From positions 1 to 56,024 of IMG/VR virus record IMGVR_UViG_3300027904_000003: a DNA stretch of 56,024 nucleotides, one strand, 5' to 3'. Source of the DNA: a virus. The notes beneath the pieces were generated by a model that saw nothing but the letters and a program-made list of their open reading frames with translations, was not told the DNA's origin and searched no databases. The position numbers and the translations under genes are program-made. This document shows, one piece after another, positions 14,066-23,665 of the stretch (position 1 is its first letter; every line of letters starts with the position of its first letter).

Positions 14066-16991
14066 GCTTAACCTCCTCCTTTGTAATGTACCTTGTAGTT
14101 AAATCTTCGAATAGCGCGGTGCCTAATGGTAAGCGCCTATAGTCGCCATGACTTTTCTCTACAAGATAGTTATTAGTCATGAACTTAAGCAGCATACGTA
14201 AGTCATCTTTAGATAGCCCTGTGTAATCCTCAAGCGTAGCTCTACTAAAGTACGGTAATTGGTATAGAATCCTTGCCATCTCATTAACATCAAGTATAGG
14301 TAGAATTAAGAATGCCCTTCTAAGTTCCTCCATATTCGATTCACTTGAGTCAGTGGTAGCTTGTTCTTGTTCGCTAAGCTTATCATATCCAAAGCTCTTA
14401 GCAGAGTATAGCTCATTTAAAAAGCTAACTATAAACTCGACATGCTCAGGCAATACTATGATATTCTCATAGGTCTCGTCTGTAGATACCATACATGCCG
14501 CCGCGGCGATGGATAGACGTGCTATTTTAAGCCTTTGGTCTGCTGCTTCTACAACAGGTACTTTAGATGTGTATTGTGTTCCCATGGCTATGGCGTGCTT
14601 TAATATCAGAGCAGTTGCCTCATCAGTAATAGTAACATTTTCAGGACGTCTACTCCACGCCCATAATACACGAGTATTACAAGCATCTGAAGTAAAACGA
14701 TGTTGAACTTCTGGTATGTCCCTAAGCGACCTATTAACTAAGACTGGGTCAACATCACCTGATGCCACTGACATAGCTATGTCGAGTCGTCGTACATCCT
14801 CAGCTTTACCCATGAGCTTCAGCACAGCATTAACGCCATATGTCTCGCTATTAAGCTGTCTACCATTACGCGGGTTACTTATGAATATAGCCCGAGTTCT
14901 ACTTGTAGTTTCAGCTGTAATAACTCCTGTAGCTTTAGCCACTCCAGAACTTCTAACATCAGACATTAACGCTAAATCATCTTCGCTCAGCCCAGATAAC
15001 TCGTCTATAGTTATTAGCCCACCATCATTGAGTGGGAATGCACCCCATACAAGAAACCATCTTTTATTAGTCTGCTGCATGGAATAGACAAGACCTGTTC
15101 TCTTGGAACTTTCTCCAGAATGTAATTCGCCTAAACGGTAATGGGACATAAGGCGCTCTACAACAGTTGTTTTTGCCTGCCCAGAGTCTCCAATTATTAG
15201 TAGTTCGCCCCAGCCTCGTTTCACATACTGCTCTTGGAAGTAGAAGCTTAATACAGTATGATAGATAAGGTCAACCCCGATTGCTACATTGCGGCGCTCC
15301 CAAATGTATGTTACATTACGCTCTAAGTCTTTGTGTATAGTATCAAAACGTTCTTTAACTGTTCCAGATAGCTCTTGGAATAATTTAAGATGAGACAGAG
15401 TTTCTTCATTTAGCTCAAAGTCACTTATCATATCTTTTTCTGGGTAACTTCTATCAAATACTAATGAAGCTGCTTGGTTATGTGGGTCTGGCCATAAAAA
15501 GCCCGCCATGGTGTAGCGCTTATTAGTTTTAAGGTTATTGCCAATATAATATCCCGAACGTACTACATATTCGTGCTCTTTAGAAAAACCGAAGTTTGAT
15601 TCTGCCTTAGGTATAAGACGTAAATCTTCGATATTCATGAACTCTTTAATATGTAGCGATACATCGCCACATTTCTGGTTTATACCGAGCATCTCATATA
15701 TTGTAGCATCGCGCTGCTTCTCCGTACATTTGATTAAGCGCTGTAGTTCTTCGTCGCTAGATTGCATGACCTTAGTCAACTCTCCAGCATGCTTAGCAAG
15801 CGCACATTTATTGCATTTCTTATCCTCGCCTGCAGATTCACCGCATCTAACTACAAATACTTTTGGACATAGATATGGCGTACTATCTTTGCCACTTACC
15901 ATAACTGGAACGCGTAGGCGCTTGCCATGATACTGTGCATCTGAGCTGTGAGACAAGTGAACCTCAATAGCATCGTTTTCATCAGCTAACCTATCCTCTG
16001 TTATAGAAGCGTCTACATACGGTACAGCGTTATCTATCAAAGCTTGAAAGTCTTGAGCTGTCATTTTACATTGTACAAAGAAATCAGTTATATCACCTTT
16101 AGTAGGAAAATCATCAGGCCAACTAACTGTGTAAACATCTACAATATGATATAACTTCTCGCATATCTTCTTTGTAGCATTACGTCCAGCTTCATCATTA
16201 TCTTGCATAACGATAACTTTCTTTTTGCCTCTAAAAAGCTTAGTCCAATCTGGCTTCCATGTACCAGCGCCGCTTGTTGGACATGCCGCATGAAAACCAT
16301 ACTGCTCTGCCAATATAACGTCAAGCTCACCCTCAGCCCAAACGATATACTCAATCTCTGGGTCTATAACACGCTCTATATTAAATATACGTACTTCACC
16401 ATAAGAATTTTGTAGTTCATCTGTATAATTCAAAACTTTCCATTGGTCATCTGTAGAATTCCATTGATAAAGCCTAAAATTAGAAAGTACATTAAATTCA
16501 TCATAGATAGGAATCGTTATACGGTCACCATTCCAACCGAGCTGAAATCTACTAAGAGTTTCGTCTGATAACCCTCGCTTCTCTTTAAGCATCGTACGAA
16601 TAGGGCCAGTTAACTTAACTAAGTCTTGATGGTATGCTCGAGCTAAACCTGGGTCTATGTCTGGCCGTGTAGGCTTTGTACCATCAGGTCTTTCTATCTT
16701 CAACGCATCGCCTAATTGGAACCAAGCTTCTTCTGAACTACAATTATAGAGCAACTTGTAGATAGTATGTATGTTACCTTTAGTATGACAACTATTACAG
16801 TAATATACGCCCTTAGATAAGTTAACAGTTAGCGATGGATTATTATCAGATTGGGACTCATGTAAATGTTTGAATGGGCACTCAGCTTTTGCTTCTATGC
16901 CGCGGCGCTGTACATTTTTTAACTCATTTAAAAAGAATGCTTCATTATCTATTTCTGCGAGTATTCGCGTAGTGTATTCATTCCATTTCAC
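14028..16991 (-). CDS. DnaG-type primase (CHC2 zinc finger plus TOPRIM) fused to an MCM-like AAA+ helicase (987 aa)
   Basis: CPFKHLHE...PSLTV...YYCNSCHTKG; TOPRIM WAEGELD and QDNDEAG. MCM-like Walker A IIGDSGQAKTT, Walker B ITIDELS, sensor 1 SRTRAIFISNP, R-finger-like VRRLDIA. GTG start behind AAGGTGG. Confidence 0.85.
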   Translation of the reverse strand: MKWNEYTTRILAEIDNEAFFLNELKNVQRRGIEAKAECPFKHLHESQSDNNPSLTVNLSKGVYYCNSCHTKGNIHTIYKLLYNCSSEEAWFQLGDALKIERPDGTKPTRPDIDPGLARAYHQDLVKLTGPIRTMLKEKRGLSDETLSRFQLGWNGDRITIPIYDEFNVLSNFRLYQWNSTDDQWKVLNYTDELQNSYGEVRIFNIERVIDPEIEYIVWAEGELDVILAEQYGFHAACPTSGAGTWKPDWTKLFRGKKKVIVMQDNDEAGRNATKKICEKLYHIVDVYTVSWPDDFPTKGDITDFFVQCKMTAQDFQALIDNAVPYVDASITEDRLADENDAIEVHLSHSSDAQYHGKRLRVPVMVSGKDSTPYLCPKVFVVRCGESAGEDKKCNKCALAKHAGELTKVMQSSDEELQRLIKCTEKQRDATIYEMLGINQKCGDVSLHIKEFMNIEDLRLIPKAESNFGFSKEHEYVVRSGYYIGNNLKTNKRYTMAGFLWPDPHNQAASLVFDRSYPEKDMISDFELNEETLSHLKLFQELSGTVKERFDTIHKDLERNVTYIWERRNVAIGVDLIYHTVLSFYFQEQYVKRGWGELLIIGDSGQAKTTVVERLMSHYRLGELHSGESSKRTGLVYSMQQTNKRWFLVWGAFPLNDGGLITIDELSGLSEDDLALMSDVRSSGVAKATGVITAETTSRTRAIFISNPRNGRQLNSETYGVNAVLKLMGKAEDVRRLDIAMSVASGDVDPVLVNRSLRDIPEVQHRFTSDACNTRVLWAWSRRPENVTITDEATALILKHAIAMGTQYTSKVPVVEAADQRLKIARLSIAAAACMVSTDETYENIIVLPEHVEFIVSFLNELYSAKSFGYDKLSEQEQATTDSSESNMEELRRAFLILPILDVNEMARILYQLPYFSRATLEDYTGLSKDDLRMLLKFMTNNYLVEKSHGDYRRLPLGTALFEDLTTRYITKEEVKRAREQFYSGTDY

Positions 16992-17044
16992 TTATCAAAC
17001 CACCTTTTGAAATGATAGCGCGAGCGCCGCTCGCGCTCTGTACT

Positions 17045-17827
17045 TTAATACTCTACACTATCTGTATCAACAGGATGACTCGCCTCTGCGGCGCTTGTAT
17101 CCTCAGCCATGTCGTAGTTAAGCGTTTGTAAACTATTTCTAAAGCTATGATACAAAGAAGTAGCGTATTCACGGTCCTCATTACTTGTAGCACCAGCAGG
17201 CGACGCTGTGATGATGTACCATTCATTACCGCCCTTTGCCATAGTCTTTTCGTTAAGCGTATAGCCATAGTTAAACATATTCTGCATAGTAACTTTAGCT
17301 AAGCTATACAGCTTCTTGCCTTCATTGTAGTTAGTCTTTGCAAAGCTTAAAATGATAGGCATACGCTCGCCTTCAAAAAATCCAAAGAAATTAATATATT
17401 TCGTGCATTTCGGAAGAGCTTCCTTACCCTGCTTAGTGTTATCAAAATCACAACGCTTACAGGATGCACACAGTTGTCTGGAGCCATCAGACCTTTCGCC
17501 TACTTTGCCATCACGCGCGATACACAAAATACCGCCGCCTTCTGAGCGGTCACGCCAGTCTACATTGTTATTAAACTTGAAGACTGGAATAAATGTTTTA
17601 CCGTTATACTTTTCTTTAGTTAAAGAGTTGATTATATCGCCTTCATCAGCCTCCTTATCTTTGCGCTCAGGGCTTAAAGTCTGTATGACTTTAATCCGAG
17701 GCACAATCATGTCTGTCGGGTCCTCATCTTCAAAACCCAATGGTGCGTCTGTTGCTGTAGCAATTAACGAAGTATTCGTTGCTTCTACAACATCAGTTGT
17801 TGGTACTGCTTTCTTTGCTTCTGACAT
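17045..17827 (-). CDS. hypothetical replication/recombination-module protein (260 aa) with a 4-Cys cluster and acidic C-terminal tail; candidate SSB or annealing protein
   Basis: RBS AAGGAGGAAAC. CASCKRC...PKC. The tail ...AAEASHPVDTDSVEY resembles SSB-type acidic tails. The functional guess rests on position only. Confidence 0.5.
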   Translation of the reverse strand: MSEAKKAVPTTDVVEATNTSLIATATDAPLGFEDEDPTDMIVPRIKVIQTLSPERKDKEADEGDIINSLTKEKYNGKTFIPVFKFNNNVDWRDRSEGGGILCIARDGKVGERSDGSRQLCASCKRCDFDNTKQGKEALPKCTKYINFFGFFEGERMPIILSFAKTNYNEGKKLYSLAKVTMQNMFNYGYTLNEKTMAKGGNEWYIITASPAGATSNEDREYATSLYHSFRNSLQTLNYDMAEDTSAAEASHPVDTDSVEY

Positions 17828-17882
17828 CTTGTTTCCTCCTTTAAGTTTAAATAGTAGAAAAACATAAATTTTTCTTAATAAT

Positions 17883-17911
17883 ATTATATCATATTTTTTC
17901 GCGGAAGTAAA
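17883..17911 (-). promoter_or_regulatory. sigma-A-like promoter: TTTACT-N17-TATAAT with extended TG
   Basis: Minus strand: TTTACT at 17906-17911, TGATATAAT with -10 at 17883-17888. The -10 block ATATGATATAATATTA is shared with the promoters at 764 and 1045. Confidence 0.65.
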
Positions 17912-17920
17912 TAAAGTATA

Positions 17921-18088
17921 CTACGACTGACTGTTTTCTTCTACTAAATATTCCGCTAGAAGACTACTGGCTTCTTCTCTATCTTCAGCTGTTTCTGCTA
18001 GTAATAACGCATTCTGCGCTATTACTACGTTAAGCTGTTTGTTAAGCAGCAATAAGCAGTTTGTAATTGAATCCAAAATATCTTGCAT
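17921..18088 (-). CDS. small helical protein (55 aa), not in the ORF track
   Basis: GGAGGG then 6 nt then ATG. Starts 2 nt after the RNase H stop codon. Confidence 0.55.
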   Translation of the reverse strand: MQDILDSITNCLLLLNKQLNVVIAQNALLLAETAEDREEASSLLAEYLVEENSQS

Positions 18089-18090
18089 TT

Positions 18091-18756
18091 TTAGCCCTCC
18101 ATTCTATCTACAGCATCAACGCACTGTGTCGCCACTGCATCTGCTACAATATTAGATACTACAAAGTCTTTAAAGATTTTGTCATCTAACATAAAGCCAT
18201 TGTTTCTACAAGACAGTTCTTGAGCAGCATCTACTATATCTTGCTTAGTAGGTATCAGGCTATCATATTTCTCTGATACAGCTTTGCGCAGCAATCTCCC
18301 CGTCTTATCTTCTACTAGCAACTTTACAGCGGTTACTTTACCAAACGGTATTACGTGGCCTTTAATATGGTAGTAAGTAATTTCAGGCTTGCAATAGTCT
18401 ACATGCTCTTTAATAACTAGTAACAAATCCTTGTTTTTTACAGGCTCATTTGCTGCCGTAACCCAACCCTTCCTATCCCATGCATTAAGCCAGTCTTTTG
18501 TCATCATATTAAAGATATATTCTGAGTCAGTTATTATCTGTGCGGGTATATTACCATTTGCCACGTAGACTATTGCTGTAAGTAAGGCTGTTAACTCCCC
18601 ACGCTGGTTAGTAGAATTAAGCTCATAATTACTTCTTGTATCTGTTTGTAAGCATATACCTCGCTCGTCAAATAATTCTACAAATATTCCACCTGCTGAT
18701 AGACAATCGGGCGTACCATTTCTGCGACACGCTCCATCTATTGCTATTCTTAACAT
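18091..18756 (-). CDS. rnhA: RNase H (type 1) with a C-terminal extension
   Basis: IAIDGACRRNG (D), NQRGELTAL (E), ITDSEYI (D), HIKGH. Confidence 0.8.
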   Translation of the reverse strand: MLRIAIDGACRRNGTPDCLSAGGIFVELFDERGICLQTDTRSNYELNSTNQRGELTALLTAIVYVANGNIPAQIITDSEYIFNMMTKDWLNAWDRKGWVTAANEPVKNKDLLLVIKEHVDYCKPEITYYHIKGHVIPFGKVTAVKLLVEDKTGRLLRKAVSEKYDSLIPTKQDIVDAAQELSCRNNGFMLDDKIFKDFVVSNIVADAVATQCVDAVDRMEG

Positions 18757-18941
18757 GATTCAACCTCCTCGCATTCTGGGCAAATAGTAACATACAGTAT
18801 GTCGCTTTCACAACGCACTTCTATAGCTAATTCACTGCAAACCGTTTGCTCACATATTTCACATATTACATGTGAAGTGCAAAAAGCACACGGAGGATTA
18901 AGATGGCAGCAACATTGTTGTTCACAAAAATTACAAGTCAT
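18750..18941 (-). CDS. small Cys-rich (multi-CxxC) protein (63 aa)
   Basis: 13 Cys in 63 aa. Coupled to the ligase and RNase H genes. Confidence 0.55.
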   Translation of the reverse strand: MTCNFCEQQCCCHLNPPCAFCTSHVICEICEQTVCSELAIEVRCESDILYVTICPECEEVESC

Positions 18942-20325
18942 TGCTTTTATCCTCCTCTATAAATTGTTTAAATATTGGACAATTAAGTGACCGTTCGCCT
19001 GCTGCATTTCTAGATTCGCCAAATGTCTCAACTTCAATAAATTCACCTATATATTGCTGGGGTTCATTCCATATTTTTCTACGCGTAAACTCGTCAAATC
19101 CAGAGCCTACTCCAAGCTTATAGCCATCATAAATAACTATAAGCGCACCAAGCATACCTTCAAATTTACCAGTGCCTTCTACCATATCTACAACTTGTAA
19201 ACAGTGCGTTTCAGTATTCTTTACTTTAAGCAAGGTTTTAGACCTCTTTATCTCATATAATCCTGTAGCGATGTTAAGCATTACTCCCTCGCCGCCTGTG
19301 TTCCATATAGTAGCTACTATTGAAGCTACTTCATCCATGCTGCTAACCATTCCAAGTATAGGCACAAACTTAATGCGCTTAAAGACTACGTCATGAAGAC
19401 CGAAAGCTTGTGAGTACTCCCATACCTTATTTACATCATAGCCTAGGTTTGCTATGCTATTATGCTTAAATGTAGCGCCGAGGCGAAGTTTCCTATCTAA
19501 TGCGGTATGCTTGGAAGTGCCAGCATAGAACTGCTCAAGCGGCACCATGTCGAAGATATAGTAATCTAGCCCAGTCTTAACACCCTTACTATTAGCAATA
19601 GAGTTAGTAGCTTGTCGTAAGGCTATAGAATTCCTAAACTGACCACAAGCTAAAAGCTCCCCATCATACATACAGTTATCTGGTAGATGCGCCGCCTCGG
19701 CAGCCAACTCTAACAGGCCATCATCCTCGATGCCTGAGCGACTGAAGAATCTACAGGAACCATTCTCCTTGATGAGTATCCGCCGTATACCATCCAGCTT
19801 CTCTGTAACTATAGCCGGCCACTGTATTGTAGCTTTCTTATGGTCTACTCCTAACATGCACCCTACACGTGGTATGAAGTCGCTTCCGAATATAGCATTA
19901 AGACTCTTTACATCTAAGCCTATCTTTAAGTTCTGAGTTACAACAGCTTTAGCCATCTCAAATACCCAGTCTTCACCAGTATGTTGGGTTAACTGTGTGG
20001 TATAATATAAGTAGCGCGCTACCATCAGTACATCGTTATCAGTGCCAGTTTGATGGCCCCTTAAGTAGTGGATAATTTCTGTAGTGTCTATGCCCTCTGT
20101 TATGGAGCTAACAATTTTCATTGCTTTATTAAACTTTGCTTCTGATATACCAGTCTTAATATATGGATTGTAGATAAAATGCAACACTGTTTTTAAGCTT
20201 GGTAAATACTTGTTAGCAAACAAAATTGCTTTCTTATCTAAATATCCATTTGTATTATAAACTGCTTTTAGTATTCGAGCTATTTCAAGTTCATACATTA
20301 ACAATCTCCTCCAGTTCAAATTCAA
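18931..20325 (-). CDS. lig: ATP-dependent DNA ligase
   Basis: Adenylation motif I TEKLDGIR. Length and downstream motif pattern (EGVMLN, LLKVK) fit. Confidence 0.8.
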   Translation of the reverse strand: MNLNWRRLLMYELEIARILKAVYNTNGYLDKKAILFANKYLPSLKTVLHFIYNPYIKTGISEAKFNKAMKIVSSITEGIDTTEIIHYLRGHQTGTDNDVLMVARYLYYTTQLTQHTGEDWVFEMAKAVVTQNLKIGLDVKSLNAIFGSDFIPRVGCMLGVDHKKATIQWPAIVTEKLDGIRRILIKENGSCRFFSRSGIEDDGLLELAAEAAHLPDNCMYDGELLACGQFRNSIALRQATNSIANSKGVKTGLDYYIFDMVPLEQFYAGTSKHTALDRKLRLGATFKHNSIANLGYDVNKVWEYSQAFGLHDVVFKRIKFVPILGMVSSMDEVASIVATIWNTGGEGVMLNIATGLYEIKRSKTLLKVKNTETHCLQVVDMVEGTGKFEGMLGALIVIYDGYKLGVGSGFDEFTRRKIWNEPQQYIGEFIEVETFGESRNAAGERSLNCPIFKQFIEEDKSNDL

Positions 20326-20833
20326 TTTTTAATCTGTGCTTAAATACTTGTAGAGTATTGGTTACATAAGACTGAGATACGCCTATTTGCTTACTTAAGT
20401 CAGTTTTTTTAGCGCTATAGCCTGAGTCTCGCCACGCCTCTACTATAAGTTTTTGTTTTGCGCTTAATAAGTTAAGTTGCTCAGTTACTATTTCATCTAT
20501 TCGTTTTAAACGCATATTTCTTGACATCACTTCATCTGGTCCTTCGCTTACCATTAAGTTTTCAATATACTCGCCTCCTTCTTTATTTTTTGCGTGGTAC
20601 GATACTACTTCAAGCTTACTCTTTTTATTAAGAGTTCGTACGTAGCAACCCAAAGCATTATAGATACAAACAGTTGCATAAGTACTAAAAGCAATATTCT
20701 TACTACTATCGAATGTTTGTGAGGCACTCCATAGAGCTTCCATACCTAATGACTCTGCTTCAGGGTCATCGCTTAAATAATATTTATGTATTTGCGCCCA
20801 TACTAGTCCCTCATTCTTTTTTAGTATGTCCAT
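20291..20833 (-). CDS. sigma-70 family RNA polymerase sigma factor (regions 2 and 4)
   Basis: Region 2 pattern ...ALWSASQTFDSSKNIAFSTYATVCIYNAL..R. Region 4 HTH LSKQIGVSQSYVTNTLQVFKHRL. Confidence 0.8.
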   Translation of the reverse strand: MDILKKNEGLVWAQIHKYYLSDDPEAESLGMEALWSASQTFDSSKNIAFSTYATVCIYNALGCYVRTLNKKSKLEVVSYHAKNKEGGEYIENLMVSEGPDEVMSRNMRLKRIDEIVTEQLNLLSAKQKLIVEAWRDSGYSAKKTDLSKQIGVSQSYVTNTLQVFKHRLKIEFELEEIVNV

Positions 20834-21143
20834 TGCAAGCCTCCTGTATATACTTAGATACGTCTTCTATAGACTTACATACTCCACCTATAGCTCCGCA
20901 TTGAAGCATTTCTTTTATAAACAATTCTTGATGTGGCTTTGTAATACCGTTCTTTGCTTTAAGTTCTATAACTACAAAATGTCCTTTTACACATAGGAAT
21001 AAATCTGAATAGCCTTTAGCATACCTATCACAAATACGTAGTACCTTTATACCATTACGTTGTTGCGGTTTTAGCCACTCAATTACTTTTTTAAGTAGCG
21101 TACCTTCGTCTTCGTACTGGATAGATGGATAGAACATTTTCAC
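20811..21143 (-). CDS. VRR-NUC domain nuclease (PD-(D/E)xK)
   Basis: YSDLFLCVKGHFVVIELKAKNG matches the D...E-x-K core. GTG start 7 nt behind GGAGGTG. Confidence 0.75.
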   Translation of the reverse strand: MKMFYPSIQYEDEGTLLKKVIEWLKPQQRNGIKVLRICDRYAKGYSDLFLCVKGHFVVIELKAKNGITKPHQELFIKEMLQCGAIGGVCKSIEDVSKYIQEACNGHTKKE

Positions 21144-21258
21144 TATATCTCACCTCCAAAAACTCACCTTGCTGCAGCATCCAGTCATTAACTACATATG
21201 CTGGTATCTGCACTATTACATTTTGTGGATTTGTAACGATTACTTCTTTAAGCGTCAT
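21091..21258 (-). CDS. AbrB/MazE (SpoVT-AbrB) type small DNA-binding protein (55 aa), not in the ORF track
   Basis: VIVQIPAYVVNDWMLQQGEFLEVRYSENVLSIYPV matches the swapped-hairpin pattern v.IPa.....l..Gd.v.v....g.l.i.Pv. Overlaps the VRR-NUC start by 53 nt. Confidence 0.6.
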   Translation of the reverse strand: MTLKEVIVTNPQNVIVQIPAYVVNDWMLQQGEFLEVRYSENVLSIYPVRRRRYAT

Positions 21259-21517
21259 GGCTATCTACCTTCTCTCTAAATAGTGAGTCTAACTTACAGT
21301 TAGGACAAAGCACATATGTGTTAACTATCTTAGGGCTTGCTTGCCATTCTGTAAGTTTTGCTTTAAACTCATACTTACAATAAGTACAGACACATAGATA
21401 ATATTTACGCTCTTCTAAATCTCCCTCAAATATGAACTCTACAAATTCTGCAGATTTTTTACGCTTCTTATGACTTCTCTTGACAGTCTTAACGTGTAGC
21501 TCTATCATATCTCTCAT
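21248..21517 (-). CDS. zinc-ribbon protein (89 aa)
   Basis: CVCTYC...CPNC. Confidence 0.6.
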   Translation of the reverse strand: MRDMIELHVKTVKRSHKKRKKSAEFVEFIFEGDLEERKYYLCVCTYCKYEFKAKLTEWQASPKIVNTYVLCPNCKLDSLFREKVDSHDA

Positions 21518-23220
21518 GCTTGCAAGCCTCCTTTTAAATGATTAAGTACTGCTATACTTGCTTTACCTTTACCCTGAAGAACATCGCTATAAAGTATTTT
21601 ATCAATCGTACCTTTTGTTAACATAATGTAATAAGTACAATGATTAGGTTGACTTTTTATATCTCCATAAATGCGCTCCATACTTTGCTTGAATAATTCA
21701 TAACTCCAGTTAAGACTAAAGTATATGCTTGTGTAACAATTAGTTAATGTTAGTCCTTTGTCAGCTGATGCAGGATTTGCAACAAGGTATGGAATTCTAC
21801 CGGACTTAAAAAGTTTGATGGCATTATTTTTATCTTCAATACTAACCCCGCCATGGATAACTTTACAACGGTCGCCGAGGCGCTGCTGTATAAGCTCAAA
21901 TTCGATTCTGTAATTAGCCCAGATAAGCACTTGGGTTTCACCGATATTTGCAAGTAATTCATCAAGCTTGTCAAATCGGTATGTATCGAATAAATACCAT
22001 TCAGGGTCGTCTTTATCATAGAATTCATTCTCCTTTTTTGCTTGCGTATCAATTATAAATCCGCTAGTCAATTGATTCAATTTGTTTAACTTTGCCGCGG
22101 CACTTGGTGCAGCAATCTGTAGGCCTTCTTGTACATCTAAGTAAAGCTCATTTTTCAATTTATTGTAGTGCTTCTTAAGTTCAGAAGGTAAGGTCATTTC
22201 AATCTCTACAAATGTACGTCCTGGCGTATTTAAGACATCTTCTTTATCTATATAGATAGCATGCTCTTTAATCATAGAAATAAGGTGTTCTCGTTTATCT
22301 GGTTTAACTACAAGTTTTTCATACTGTGGATTATAACTTGTATTTATGAAGAAGTATTGCTTGAACTGTGTGTAAGATTGGGGCATACTGTAGTAATCAA
22401 TAGCTCGCATTTGCATGTAATATTCCCATTCGCCATTTGGAGCTGGTGTTCCTGATAGAAGATAAAATCGTTTTACTTTATGTGCGAAGTCTACTATTGC
22501 TTTAGATATTTTTGAAGAGTGACTTTTCAAGTCTGATGATTCATCTACTATTACGCCTGTGAGGTTGAGCTGTTCAAAGTATTCTTTGTAGCTAACAAAT
22601 GATTCTGTATTTGTAATAAATACATTAGCGTCAAATTGGATAGCTTTTATACGTTTATCTTTAGTTGGCGCCCAACAGTTGCAAATAGGCAAATCAGGCA
22701 TAAAGCGCCGCGCGTCCTCTAACCAAGCATTCTCTATTAATATCAGTGGACAAATAATTAACCACTTATTACCTGGATTAGCCTTAATGTCGTCATAAAT
22801 GATAGATAGACTCAATGGTGTCTTGCCTGTACGCGTGTCATAAAAGAAGCCATATCGGTCTCTATACTGAGCAATCTCGCGACCAAGCTGTTGGTGGCGC
22901 ATCAGCGTTAAATGAGGCGTAACTACAGGAGACTGTCTAGGACCTGACGCAAGTAAGTCCGCTACGTTATCCCTACTGATAATCTCTTGTAGGTATTGGT
23001 CTTGTATTTTTTGAGGTAGCGCTTGGTATGTATCTATATTTCTAAAGAGCTTAAGTATCTCAGGTAACTTATGCGCTGAGACCGTAAACTCTGTCTTTTT
23101 TCTATTTGTATGTACGGGATAAAAATCTACTAACTGTTCTTGCACATCACCTATAATAGTGATGCTATTAGCTGAGATATGTAACTTATTAGCTTTATCC
23201 ATTTTTACAACGTCACCCAC
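21514..23220 (-). CDS. SNF2-family DNA-dependent ATPase / helicase
   Basis: Motif I-like DTRTGKT, motif II VIVDESSDL, motif III LLSGTPAPN, plus a C-terminal helicase domain. The true start may be the ATG at 23202. Confidence 0.85.
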   Translation of the reverse strand: MGDVVKMDKANKLHISANSITIIGDVQEQLVDFYPVHTNRKKTEFTVSAHKLPEILKLFRNIDTYQALPQKIQDQYLQEIISRDNVADLLASGPRQSPVVTPHLTLMRHQQLGREIAQYRDRYGFFYDTRTGKTPLSLSIIYDDIKANPGNKWLIICPLILIENAWLEDARRFMPDLPICNCWAPTKDKRIKAIQFDANVFITNTESFVSYKEYFEQLNLTGVIVDESSDLKSHSSKISKAIVDFAHKVKRFYLLSGTPAPNGEWEYYMQMRAIDYYSMPQSYTQFKQYFFINTSYNPQYEKLVVKPDKREHLISMIKEHAIYIDKEDVLNTPGRTFVEIEMTLPSELKKHYNKLKNELYLDVQEGLQIAAPSAAAKLNKLNQLTSGFIIDTQAKKENEFYDKDDPEWYLFDTYRFDKLDELLANIGETQVLIWANYRIEFELIQQRLGDRCKVIHGGVSIEDKNNAIKLFKSGRIPYLVANPASADKGLTLTNCYTSIYFSLNWSYELFKQSMERIYGDIKSQPNHCTYYIMLTKGTIDKILYSDVLQGKGKASIAVLNHLKGGLQA

Positions 23221-23238
23221 CTTTTAAAGTTCTTGTCA

Positions 23239-23274
23239 AAGTATTACCACGACGAATTCGTCGTGGTAATACTT
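23239..23274 (-). terminator. perfect 16-bp hairpin (possible attenuator) between the first and second genes of the replication operon
   Basis: AAGTATTACCACGACG-AATT-CGTCGTGGTAATACTT, followed by only a short TTT on the minus strand. Confidence 0.5.
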
Positions 23275-23290
23275 GCAGAGAGAGGTATGA

Positions 23291-23665
23291 TTAGATTTCG
23301 TCTGAAATCTCATCAACGGTTTCGACTACTTCATCAAAGAGGTCGTCAGCGGGTTCTACAGGTTTAACCTTAGCGCCAGTGCGTTTTTCTTTTTCAGCGC
23401 GTGCCGCATCGGCGCGTGCTTGATTAGCTGCTACAGTTTCGTCGCTTGCGCCACGCTGTACTGCTTTGTACAGAACTGAATTAGCATTGATGATTTCGCG
23501 TTTGAGCTGTTCGTCAGTCATTTCCTCTAGCGCTATACCCGCTAATACGCCGCGGGGTTTTTTGTTCATAGGCGGCATCTCAATTTCTAAATCCAACGTG
23601 TCGCCAACATTCATTGCTAAAATGTCCTCTGTGATTTCAATACTTGCTTTGTAAGTTCTTGCCAT
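23291..23665 (-). CDS. hypothetical protein (124 aa) with an acidic C-terminus; first gene of the replication operon
   Basis: RBS AAAGGAGAAAC. Directly downstream of the promoter at 23721-23749. Confidence 0.7.
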   Translation of the reverse strand: MARTYKASIEITEDILAMNVGDTLDLEIEMPPMNKKPRGVLAGIALEEMTDEQLKREIINANSVLYKAVQRGASDETVAANQARADAARAEKEKRTGAKVKPVEPADDLFDEVVETVDEISDEI

